From: Gemmatimonadaceae bacterium
GTDB lineage: Bacteria; Gemmatimonadota; Gemmatimonadetes; Gemmatimonadales; Gemmatimonadaceae
Direction: 5' to 3'
Assembly (NCBI GenBank): GCA_039920785.1
Contig: JBDSDB010000203.1
Coordinates: 1,042 to 65,041, forward strand
DNA length: 64,000 nt
The position numbers and the translations under genes are program-made. How positions within the stretch are numbered: the stretch's first letter is position 1; every line of letters starts with the position of its first letter. Positions 40,027 to 48,225 of this stretch are shown one piece after another. A model generated the notes under the pieces. The model saw only the letters and a list, made by a program, of their open reading frames with translations. It did no database searches and was not told where the DNA came from.

Positions 40027-41712
40027 ATGACTGGACCAACCGTGACGCCTCCCGCCGATCCGACCACCGAGCTGACGCCGGTGAAGGAATCTCCGGCACA
40101 GCGCGTCGAGCGCATCAAGCGCGAGAAGGCGCCGTGGTCGATCATGGACGACATCCGACGCTATTCGCGCGAGGGCTTCGCGTCGATTTCGAACGAGGAT
40201 CTCACCGTGCGATTTCGCGCGTGGGGGCTCTACACGCAGGGCGACGGACGCGGCACGCGCGGCGAGGAGATGCCCTTCTTCATGATGCGTGTGCGGACGC
40301 CGAACGGCTTCCTCACGTCCGACATGGTGCGGCGCATCTCCGACATCTCGGACAGGTACGCGCGCAGCAGCATCGACATCACGAACCGCGAGAACTTCCA
40401 GCTGCACTGGCTGCGCATCGAGGACATCCCAGCGATCTGGGACTCGCTCGCCGAAGTCGGGTGGACGAGCATGGGCGCGTGCGGCGACAACCCCCGTACC
40501 GTGACCGGCTGTCCGCTCGCCGGCGTCGAGCACGACGAGCTGATCGACGCGAGCCCGATCGCCGTGGCGGTGGACAAGTTCCTCAACGGCAACCCCGACT
40601 ACGCGAACCTGCCGCGCAAGTTCAAGATCACGATCACCGGATGTCAGAACTGGTGCTCGTATCCGGAGATCAACGACATCGGCGCGACGGCCGTGCGCCG
40701 CGCGGATGGTGTCGTCGGTTTCCACGTGCGCGTCGGCGGCGGCCTCTCCACCAAACCGCACCTCGCGGTGCTGCTCCCGGCCTTCGTGCATCCGCATCAG
40801 CTGCCGGAAGTCGTGAACGCCGTCACCGCGATCTTCCGCGATTCCGACGAGCTGCGCGTCAATCGCACCAAGGCGCGCATGAAGTTCCTGTTCGTGACCC
40901 ACGGGTGGACGGCCGACAAGTTCCTCGCAGAGATCGAGCGCCGCATCGGCTACACGCTCGAGGCGCCAGCCGAGGAGAACGCGCCGGAAGGACATTACCG
41001 TGATCACATCGGCGTGCATCCGCAGAAGCAGCCCGGCCTCAGCTACGCCGGCTACTCCGTCGTGTCGGGGCGCATCTCCACCGAGCAGTTGCGTGGACTG
41101 GCGACGATCGCTGACGAGTTCGGCGACGGCCAGCTGCGGCTCAGCGCGACGCAGAACATCCTGATCACGAACGTTCCCACGGAGCGCACGGCCGAGTTGG
41201 TCGTGCGGAGCCGCGCGCTCGGCGTCGCCCTCGACGGCTCGGCATTCCAGCGCGGCACCGCGTCGTGCACCGGCAGTGAGTACTGCAAGCTGGCGCTCAC
41301 CGAGACGAAGCTGTTCAGCATCCGGCTCGCCCAGGAGCTCGAGGATCGCCTCCCGGGCTTCGCGGACACGGTGAAGCTGCACATTGCCGGCTGCCCGAAC
41401 TCGTGCGGCCAGCATCCCATCGCCGACGTCGGCCTGCAGGGCGTGCTGCTCAACCAGGGCGGCGTCCAGGTGGAAGGATTCGACTTCTTCGTCGGCGGAG
41501 GACTCGGCAGGAACAGCGCGCTCGGTCATCGCGTGGGGTTCCGCGCCGCAGCGGACGAGGTGCCCAACGCTCTCGAGCGACTCTTCGAAGCATACGTGGC
41601 TGCGAAGAGTGATGGCGAGACCATCCGGTCCTGGACGGGCCGCCTGGGTGATGCGGGGGTGAAAGCAATTCTCGCGAACGCGCAGCCGGTTGCCGCGGGC
41701 TCGGCGTCATGA
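40027..41712 (+). CDS. sir: ferredoxin-dependent sulfite reductase (NirA/Sir family, siroheme-[4Fe-4S])
   Basis: Two nitrite/sulfite reductase repeats. CTGSEYCKLA and GCPNSCGQH cluster/siroheme cysteines. Confidence 0.9.
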   Translation: MTGPTVTPPADPTTELTPVKESPAQRVERIKREKAPWSIMDDIRRYSREGFASISNEDLTVRFRAWGLYTQGDGRGTRGEEMPFFMMRVRTPNGFLTSDMVRRISDISDRYARSSIDITNRENFQLHWLRIEDIPAIWDSLAEVGWTSMGACGDNPRTVTGCPLAGVEHDELIDASPIAVAVDKFLNGNPDYANLPRKFKITITGCQNWCSYPEINDIGATAVRRADGVVGFHVRVGGGLSTKPHLAVLLPAFVHPHQLPEVVNAVTAIFRDSDELRVNRTKARMKFLFVTHGWTADKFLAEIERRIGYTLEAPAEENAPEGHYRDHIGVHPQKQPGLSYAGYSVVSGRISTEQLRGLATIADEFGDGQLRLSATQNILITNVPTERTAELVVRSRALGVALDGSAFQRGTASCTGSEYCKLALTETKLFSIRLAQELEDRLPGFADTVKLHIAGCPNSCGQHPIADVGLQGVLLNQGGVQVEGFDFFVGGGLGRNSALGHRVGFRAAADEVPNALERLFEAYVAAKSDGETIRSWTGRLGDAGVKAILANAQPVAAGSAS

Positions 41713-41755
41713 CACCACCACTCCGTCATCGCGATGGCGGAACAGGGAGGAGCGA

Positions 41756-42766
41756 GTGAGCACATTCGTACAGCGGGAAGTGGCGCACGGGATCGGCGCG
41801 GTCATCGAGGGTCCCGTGGTGCCTGGCAATCGCGTGGACGCCGTGATCGGGCGGACGCCGGTCGTGCGCCTGGAGCGCGTGGTCACGCCCGCCATGGCCG
41901 AGGTGTGGATCAAGCTCGAGGGCGCCAATCCGGGCGGTTCGATCAAGGACCGAACGGCCCTGGGAATGATCCTCGACGCCGAAGCGCGCGGCGTACTCAA
42001 GCCCGGGGATACGATCGTCGAACCGACGTCGGGCAACACCGGGATCGGGTTGGCGCAGGTGGCGTCAGCGCGCGGGTATCGGCTCATCCTCTGCCTGCCC
42101 GATTCGGCGAGCGACGAACGCAAGCGAACATTGGAGGCCTACGGGGCGGAGCTGGTGCTGACCGACCCGGAGCGGCGCATGTTGGCGGCGATCGAAGCGG
42201 CTGAACAGATCCGCGACGAAACGGGCGCGTGGCTCCCCAATCAGTTCTCGAATCCGGCGAACCCTCGCGTGCACTACGAGACGACGGCGCCGGAGCTCTG
42301 GTCGCAAATGGATGGCCGGATCGACGCGTTCGTGTACGGCTCCGGGACGGGTGGCACGATCACCGGCGTGGGTCGGTTCCTCAAGGAGCGGAGTCCTGAC
42401 ACCCTGGTGGTGGCGGTGGAACCTGCTCGTTCGCCCGTGCTATCGGGCGGTGAGCGTGGGCAGCACCAGTTCCAGGGGATGGGGCCCGGCTTCGTGCCGG
42501 ACAACTTCGATCGCTCGGTGGTGGATCGGGTGATCCCGGTGTGGGAAGAGGACGCCTTTCCTGTCGCGCGGCGGCTGGCGAAGGAGGAGGGACTGTTCGT
42601 GGGGATGTCGAGTGGGGCGATCGCGTTTGCCGCCTTACAGGTGGCGACGACGCTCGGTCCGGGAAAGCGGGTGGCGATGATCGCGCCGGACACCGGGGCG
42701 CGATACCTGACCACGGTGCTGTTCTCCAACGAAGACACGCCCGATCCCGCGCACGGCGTGCTGTGA
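41756..42766 (+). CDS. cysK: cysteine synthase A (O-acetylserine sulfhydrylase)
   Basis: GTG at 41756 is preceded by GGGAGGAG. NPGGSIKDR (PLP lysine), TSGNTGIGLA and GTGGTITG motifs. Confidence 0.9.
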   Translation: MSTFVQREVAHGIGAVIEGPVVPGNRVDAVIGRTPVVRLERVVTPAMAEVWIKLEGANPGGSIKDRTALGMILDAEARGVLKPGDTIVEPTSGNTGIGLAQVASARGYRLILCLPDSASDERKRTLEAYGAELVLTDPERRMLAAIEAAEQIRDETGAWLPNQFSNPANPRVHYETTAPELWSQMDGRIDAFVYGSGTGGTITGVGRFLKERSPDTLVVAVEPARSPVLSGGERGQHQFQGMGPGFVPDNFDRSVVDRVIPVWEEDAFPVARRLAKEEGLFVGMSSGAIAFAALQVATTLGPGKRVAMIAPDTGARYLTTVLFSNEDTPDPAHGVL

Positions 42767-42798
42767 GTCTGGGGCAGGTCATCGTCGAGGAGAATTCA

Positions 42799-42830
42799 AA
42801 GCGGGCCCGGGAGCGGGCCCGCTTCTTTTT
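42799..42830 (+). terminator. intrinsic terminator of the cys operon
   Basis: AAGCGGGCCCG-ggag-CGGGCCCGCTT (11 bp) followed by CTTTTT. Confidence 0.8.
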
Positions 42831-42979
42831 GGCTCGGCGGAACGGTGGGCCAATTGGTGGAAGAGGTAGGATCGTGGCTGGAAAGTGCGCATTTTGCCGT
42901 CTTGACGCCACAGTTATGCAATTTTTCGTCAGGAACTGCCAGTATTTCTGCCGAATATTGTAATTTCTGCATTTCAAGC

Positions 42980-43008
42980 TTGACACGCGGATTTTGTTGT
43001 CCTAGTTT
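42980..43008 (+). promoter_or_regulatory. sigma-70-like promoter TTGACA-N17-TAGTTT upstream of amtB
   Basis: TTGACA at 42980-42985 and TAGTTT at 43003-43008. It is embedded in an AT-rich island containing ATTTCTGC repeats. Confidence 0.4.
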
Positions 43009-43333
43009 GCCGGCGTGACGAAACCGCCTGCTGTGTTCGCCCCTGCCGCTCTTCCGAGCAAGAGCTCGGATGTCTCGACGCGCGATGATTGCGCAGGGGC
43101 GCGCTCGAATCACGGCTCGAATCGACACCACGGCGGAGTGGTCGCGAGTAATCGGAGGAATCGGCAGGCGGGACCGGGCTGAACGCGGGATCCAGCGTGA
43201 GCGCGGCCCCGCCCCCGTGAATCGCCCGACGACCACGGGGGCTTCGCATGTGGGTCCGGCTCGCGGGCAGGCGACGGGCAGGAGACGCAAGGCAACACGG
43301 TCGGACCAAGTCACCATCACTCCAGGAGCGAAC

Positions 43334-44890
43334 ATGGAATCGCGGGGACACACACACGTTCGGCGAGGGTTGATTGCCGGAGCGCTACTGGCCGCGGTTG
43401 CGGCGCCCACGCTCCTGCTCGCGCAGGCTGCCGCGCCGGCGCCGCCGACGATCGAGCAGGTCGCCAAAACGGTCGCCGACACCGGCGCCGCCATCAACAT
43501 GGTCTGGGTGCTGATCGCTGGATTCCTCGTGATGTTCATGCAGCTCGGCTTCGCCATGGTGGAGGTCGGATTCACGCGCGCGAAGAACGCCGGTCACACC
43601 GTGACGATGAACTTCATGGTGTACGCCATCGGCATGCTCGCGTACTGGGTGATCGGCTTCGCGTTGCACATGGGCGGCGTCGGTGCGCTCGGCACCCTCG
43701 GCGGCTACGACCAGCTGAACGGCCTGTTCAGCATCACGGTGGGCGGGCACGAGTGGGGACTCTTCGGCACGAAAGGGTTCTTCCTCACCGGCGTGGCGTA
43801 CAACGCCTCCGTGTTCGCGTTCTTCCTGTTCCAGATGGTGTTCATGGACACGACGCTGACCATCCCGACCGGCGCACTTGCCGAGCGATGGAAGTTCTCG
43901 TCGTTCTGCATCTTCACGGTGTTTCTTGGCGCGATCATCTACCCGATCTTCGGGAACTGGGCGTGGGGCGGCGGATGGCTCTCCGCGCTGGGCCGAAACG
44001 TTGGTCTCGGCAACGGCTACGTGGACTTCGCCGGCTCCGGCGTGGTCCATCTCACCGGCGGCGTGATCGCCCTGGTCACGTGCAAGCTGCTTGGACCTCG
44101 GCGCGGGAAATTCAACGCCGACGGCACGTCGAACGTGCTTCCGGGCCACAACATCCCGATGGCCATCTTCGGCACCTTCGTCCTGGCGTTTGGCTGGTTC
44201 GGCTTCAACGCCGGCTCCACGCTCGCCGGCACAGACGTTCGCATTGGCGTCGTCGCGACGAATACGATGCTCGCCGCGGCCGCCGGCGCGGTCTCGGCGA
44301 TGGCGTACGTCTGGATGCGCTTCGACAAGCCTGATCCCTCGATGCTGGCCAACGGCATGCTCGCCGGGCTCGTCGCCATCACCGCACCGTGCGCGTTCGT
44401 CACCGCACCGTCGGCAGTCGCCATCGGTCTGATCGCGGGCGTGATCGTGTGCTGGTCAGTCACCTTCGTCGAGCGCACCCTCGAGCTCGATGACCCCGTC
44501 GGCGCGATCTCCGTGCACGGTACCAACGGGCTCTGGGGCCTGCTCGCCGTCGGCATCTTCGCCGATGGCACGTATGGCGGCGGGTTGAACGGCGTCACGG
44601 GGAACGTCACCGGCCTGCTCTACGGAGGCACGAGTCAGATGCTGGCGCAGCTCGTCGGCATCGTGGCCAACTTCGTCTGGGTCGGCTCCACGGCGTACGC
44701 CGCGTGGAAGATCACCAGCCTGATCACCGGTGGCAGTCGCGTCTCGGCGTCGGTCGAAGAGCTCGGACTCGACATTCCGGAGATGGGTTCGCTGGCCTAC
44801 CCGGATCGTGGCGACATGACCACGGGCGTCGTGCTGTCCCACGCCGAAGTGCCGCCGCTCAGCAACTACGCCGCGTCGGCGGGCGACTAG
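43334..44890 (+). CDS. amtB: ammonium transporter
   Basis: ATG 43334 has AGGAG 6 nt upstream and is followed by a signal peptide. Amt/MEP motifs are present (FLVMFMQLGFAMVE, DFAGSGVVH, VHGTNGLWG). The 88-aa in-frame upstream extension is Arg-rich junk. Confidence 0.9.
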   Translation: MESRGHTHVRRGLIAGALLAAVAAPTLLLAQAAAPAPPTIEQVAKTVADTGAAINMVWVLIAGFLVMFMQLGFAMVEVGFTRAKNAGHTVTMNFMVYAIGMLAYWVIGFALHMGGVGALGTLGGYDQLNGLFSITVGGHEWGLFGTKGFFLTGVAYNASVFAFFLFQMVFMDTTLTIPTGALAERWKFSSFCIFTVFLGAIIYPIFGNWAWGGGWLSALGRNVGLGNGYVDFAGSGVVHLTGGVIALVTCKLLGPRRGKFNADGTSNVLPGHNIPMAIFGTFVLAFGWFGFNAGSTLAGTDVRIGVVATNTMLAAAAGAVSAMAYVWMRFDKPDPSMLANGMLAGLVAITAPCAFVTAPSAVAIGLIAGVIVCWSVTFVERTLELDDPVGAISVHGTNGLWGLLAVGIFADGTYGGGLNGVTGNVTGLLYGGTSQMLAQLVGIVANFVWVGSTAYAAWKITSLITGGSRVSASVEELGLDIPEMGSLAYPDRGDMTTGVVLSHAEVPPLSNYAASAGD

Positions 44891-44893
44891 GCG

Positions 44894-44929
44894 GAACCCG
44901 GGCGCCGCGCCGGCACGGCGCCCGGGTTC
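44894..44929 (+). promoter_or_regulatory. 14-bp perfect intercistronic hairpin between amtB and glnK
   Basis: GAACCCGGGCGCCG-cgccggca-CGGCGCCCGGGTTC starts 4 nt after the amtB stop. There is essentially no U-tract (TGTCGG). Confidence 0.5.
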
Positions 44930-44942
44930 TGTCGGATCGTGT

Positions 44943-44959
44943 TGGCACTCTTCGCTGCA
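44943..44959 (+). promoter_or_regulatory. sigma-54-like -24/-12 element (TGGCAC-N7-TGCA), spacing one nt longer than consensus
   Basis: TGGCAC at 44943-44948 and TGCA at 44956-44959. There are 11 nt between the GG and GC dinucleotides rather than the consensus 10. It lies 30 nt upstream of the glnK ATG. Confidence 0.25.
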
Positions 44960-44988
44960 ACCCTTGTCTCTCACAGGATTGAATCGAG

Positions 44989-45381
44989 ATGAAGCTGATC
45001 ACCTGCGTCATACGTCCCGATCGGCTGCCCGCCGTGAAGGAAGCGCTGTTCAGAGCTGGCGTCACCGGCATCACGTTGAGCCGCGCCAGCGGCCACGGAG
45101 GCGAGCAGGATCGCCTTGAGCACTATCGCGGCGGCGCCGTCGTGCTCGAGTTCCAGGACAAAGTCAAGATCGAGATGGTCTGCTCCGAGCCGTACGTGCA
45201 GATCACCATCGACGCGATCATCAAGGGTGCCCGCACCGGGGCGGTCGGCGACGGCAAGATCTTCGTACAGGCGATCGAGCGCGTCATCCGCATCCGAACG
45301 GGCGAGCAGGACAACGCCGCGCTCACGCCCGTCACCGCGGACGAAGTACGTCGCAAGGCGCTCGATCCGGCGCACGTTTAA
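44989..45381 (+). CDS. glnK: P-II family nitrogen regulator
   Basis: MKLITCVIRP..L..VKEAL...GVTGITLS...G.G and GDGKIFV motifs. The T-loop has a Tyr (LEHYRGG). Confidence 0.9.
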   Translation: MKLITCVIRPDRLPAVKEALFRAGVTGITLSRASGHGGEQDRLEHYRGGAVVLEFQDKVKIEMVCSEPYVQITIDAIIKGARTGAVGDGKIFVQAIERVIRIRTGEQDNAALTPVTADEVRRKALDPAHV

Positions 45382-45456
45382 CTCGGTACCACCGGCACCA
45401 CCACTGTGCTGGGGCACGCACCGCTCTGGCACGTTCTCATACAGCAAGGAGGATTC

Positions 45457-46674
45457 TTGGAACGGCACCGATCCGCAGCTCTCACTCTGATGGTCGCGCT
45501 CACGACGGCGGGCTCCGTCGCGTCCGCGCAGACATCGGGGACCGTCGCTTCAGCGCAGACGACCAGCGCCCCCGCGACCGACGCCAAGGCGGCTATCGAC
45601 TCGACGCCGAAGACCGCGGCCCCGGCCGCGGACTCAACCCCGAACTTCTTCCGGGACATTCAAGCCAACGCGTTCTTGTCCTTCGGCATCCAGACGAATC
45701 TCAATCAGCCGGACGATCGGAGCGTGGGTCTCCGCTACTTCGACAACGTCGCCAACAGTTTCAGCCTGGACGTCGCCGAGATCGTGCTGCAGAAGGCCGT
45801 GAAGAAGCCGGGCGACGCCGGCTTCCGCGTCGACTTCACGGCGGGGTCCACGATCCCAGGCAAGGCGCAGTCGGCCGGACTTCGCATCGGTGAGAGTGCC
45901 GATCTGCAGCAGGCCTTCTTCACCTACCTCGCCCCAGTGGGTTCAGGACTCAAGTTCGACATCGGCAAGTTCGTCACGCATTTGGGTTACGAACTGATCG
46001 AGGGCTACGACGGGTACAATGACAACTACAGCCGTTCCCTGCTGTTCAACTACGCCATCCCTCTCACCCACACGGGCGTGAAGGTCGGCTATACGGTGAA
46101 CAGCATGGTCTCGGTGACGGGCATGGTCGTGAACGGGTGGGACAACGCCCTCGACAACAACAGTGGTAAGTCGATCGGTGCACAGATCGCCCTCACGCCG
46201 GCGCCGCCAGTGGCGATCTACCTGAACTACATGGGCGGGCCCGAGTTGACGGATACGAACAAGTACCTTCGGCACATCGGCGACTTCATTGCCACCTACA
46301 AGGTGTCGGACGCGGCGATGCTCGGCATCAATGCAGACTACGGAATGGAAGAGAACGCGAGCCTCGTGAAGCCCGGTGACGACGCGAAGTGGTATGGTGT
46401 GGCTGGCTACGGCCGGTTTGGCCCCGCCACTGGATTGTCGGTCGGCCTGCGCGCGGAGACATTCAAGGACGACGGCGGCTCGCGCCTCGGTAGCGATGTG
46501 CCGGTTTCGGCCAAGGAGTTCACCATCACACCGGTCTTCAAGTTCGCGAACAACTTCGCCGTCCGCGCGGAGTTCCGGTACGACTCGGTGAACGAGGCCA
46601 TCTTCACGGACGACAAGGGCAAGCCAAAGAAGAGTCAGGCCACCCTCGGCCTCAACGCGGTCTGGTCGTACTGA
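45457..46674 (+). CDS. outer-membrane beta-barrel porin (OmpL/BBP2-like)
   Basis: TTG at 45457 is preceded by AGGAGG. Signal peptide ends ASAQ. Alternating beta-strand pattern and a C-terminal aromatic residue (VWSY). Confidence 0.7.
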   Translation: MERHRSAALTLMVALTTAGSVASAQTSGTVASAQTTSAPATDAKAAIDSTPKTAAPAADSTPNFFRDIQANAFLSFGIQTNLNQPDDRSVGLRYFDNVANSFSLDVAEIVLQKAVKKPGDAGFRVDFTAGSTIPGKAQSAGLRIGESADLQQAFFTYLAPVGSGLKFDIGKFVTHLGYELIEGYDGYNDNYSRSLLFNYAIPLTHTGVKVGYTVNSMVSVTGMVVNGWDNALDNNSGKSIGAQIALTPAPPVAIYLNYMGGPELTDTNKYLRHIGDFIATYKVSDAAMLGINADYGMEENASLVKPGDDAKWYGVAGYGRFGPATGLSVGLRAETFKDDGGSRLGSDVPVSAKEFTITPVFKFANNFAVRAEFRYDSVNEAIFTDDKGKPKKSQATLGLNAVWSY

Positions 46675-46736
46675 GAGTGAGTGGATGCCGGATGCGGTGA
46701 TTGGCGGTCTGCTGGGGGCAGCAGCCCGCTGCTGCA

Positions 46737-46772
46737 CAGCGAAGGGCGTGTCGCGAGGCACGCCCTTCGCTG
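46737..46772. terminator. bidirectional hairpin between convergent porin and antiporter genes
   Basis: CAGCGAAGGGCGTG-tcgcgagg-CACGCCCTTCGCTG, 14 bp perfect. Confidence 0.6.
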
Positions 46773-46798
46773 TATCTCACGCTCGGGAAGGTCGGTGC

Positions 46799-48121
46799 TC
46801 AGTCCGCGCCGGCTTCCTTCGCAAGGCGACGCCGCGCCACCGACGCGAGCCGCCACTTGAGCGCAGGCGGAGTGACGAGCGTCGTCATCATCACGGCAAC
46901 AACCACCGCCGCGAAAATGCGCTCGTCGACGATAGGCTCGCCGCGCACGGTGAGCCCGAGCCCGATGTTGGCGAAGATCAGCCCGACCTCGCCTCGTGGA
47001 ATCATCCCGATGCCGATCGCCGTGCGATCGACCGATGCCCCGATGCCGCCGAGTGCGCAGGCCTGCTTCCCGATGATGGCGACGACGGTGAGCAACGCCG
47101 CCAGTCCGAGCACGCCTGGCTGCACAAACGCACCGAGCTCGACGCGCATTCCCATCAGCACGAAGAAGACCGGCACGAGGAACACCGAGATGGGGCGGAC
47201 AAGCTCCTCGACGCGGTGCTCGCCCTGATCCATGAAGTCGCTGTAGTGCGCCTCCTCGAGAATCAGCCCGGCGGCGTACGCGCCCACGATCGGCGCGAGC
47301 CCGATCAGTGACGCCACGGCAGAGAGGAGGAAGCAGAAGGCGAGCGCGGTGGTGAGCAACACACCCTTCATCTGGAGTCGCGCCGCGACCGCGAACATCC
47401 TCGGCGAAGCGAAGGCGCCGATGGTGAATGCGCCAACGAGGAAGCCGAGCGCCTTCGCCAGCACCAGCGTGGCGTCGCCCAACGAGAGCGTCGTTCCCTG
47501 GTTCGCGGCGGAGATGATGCTGCCGACGACCGCCAGGATGACGAGCCCGATGACGTCGTCAATCACCGCCGCGCCCAGGATGATTCGCGCCTCGAGCGTC
47601 TGCGCGTGGCCAAGATCCTTCAGCACGCGCGCCGTGATGCCGACGCTGGTGGCTGTGAGCGTTGCGCCGAGGAAGACGTGTACGTACACGCTATGGTCGG
47701 GGAGCAGCAACCGTCCCACCATGAAGCCAAGCACCCACGGCACGACGACCCCGAGCACGGCGACGACGAGCGAGCGCAGCCCAACACGCAACATCTCGCG
47801 CAGCGTGGACTCGAGCCCTACCTCGAAGAGCAGCACCACTGCGCCGATGCTCGCCAGCATTCCGATCATCGGGTCCGCGCGGACCTCGCCCGACCATTGG
47901 CCGGCCAGCCCAGGAAGGTTTCCGAGTATGACGCCGACGATCAGCTCACCGAGAACCGCCGGCTGTCCGAGCCGCTCGGCCAGGCTCCCTCCAAGCTTGG
48001 CGGTGGAGAGGATGATCGCGAGCGCCAACAGTACCGTGGCGATCGGATCGACGTGGGAGGTTCCGGACACTGGCGGCGACCTGCTAAAAGGGAGAGACGA
48101 CGCGCGAGTGGGCACGCGCAA
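46799..48121 (-). CDS. cation:proton antiporter (CPA1/CPA2 family)
   Basis: About 12 TM helices. Typical Na_H_Exchanger layout (LGQPAVLGELIVGVILG near the N-terminus). Confidence 0.85.
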   Translation of the reverse strand: MRVPTRASSLPFSRSPPVSGTSHVDPIATVLLALAIILSTAKLGGSLAERLGQPAVLGELIVGVILGNLPGLAGQWSGEVRADPMIGMLASIGAVVLLFEVGLESTLREMLRVGLRSLVVAVLGVVVPWVLGFMVGRLLLPDHSVYVHVFLGATLTATSVGITARVLKDLGHAQTLEARIILGAAVIDDVIGLVILAVVGSIISAANQGTTLSLGDATLVLAKALGFLVGAFTIGAFASPRMFAVAARLQMKGVLLTTALAFCFLLSAVASLIGLAPIVGAYAAGLILEEAHYSDFMDQGEHRVEELVRPISVFLVPVFFVLMGMRVELGAFVQPGVLGLAALLTVVAIIGKQACALGGIGASVDRTAIGIGMIPRGEVGLIFANIGLGLTVRGEPIVDERIFAAVVVAVMMTTLVTPPALKWRLASVARRRLAKEAGAD

Positions 48122-48225
48122 GTTGCATTGTCCGCGCGCGGGACGCTACGCCGTGCGTCGCGCGAATCTCTCTCGGCACGCGTCACAAGCGCATCGCGTA
48201 CTCGAGCGCGTGCGCCAGCGATTTG

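Noticed and set aside
42875-42890. TGGCTG-gaaag-TGCGC as a possible sigma-54 promoter for amtB.
   Set aside because: The GG-to-GC spacing is one nt short and the -12 element is TGCG rather than TTGC. It also lies upstream of the better sigma-70-like boxes. This is weaker than the glnK candidate, which is itself low confidence.
43104-43123. CTCGAATC motifs resembling a tRNA T-loop (GTTCGAATC).
   Set aside because: The flanking bases cannot form a T-stem, and no acceptor, D or anticodon arms could be drawn. I found no tRNA in the window.
43070-43333. In-frame 88-aa extension upstream of amtB (track ORF starts at 43070).
   Set aside because: The extension is Arg/Gly/Thr-rich with no TM helix. 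The signal peptide and AGGAG Shine-Dalgarno belong to ATG 43334. I treat the region as a 5' leader instead.
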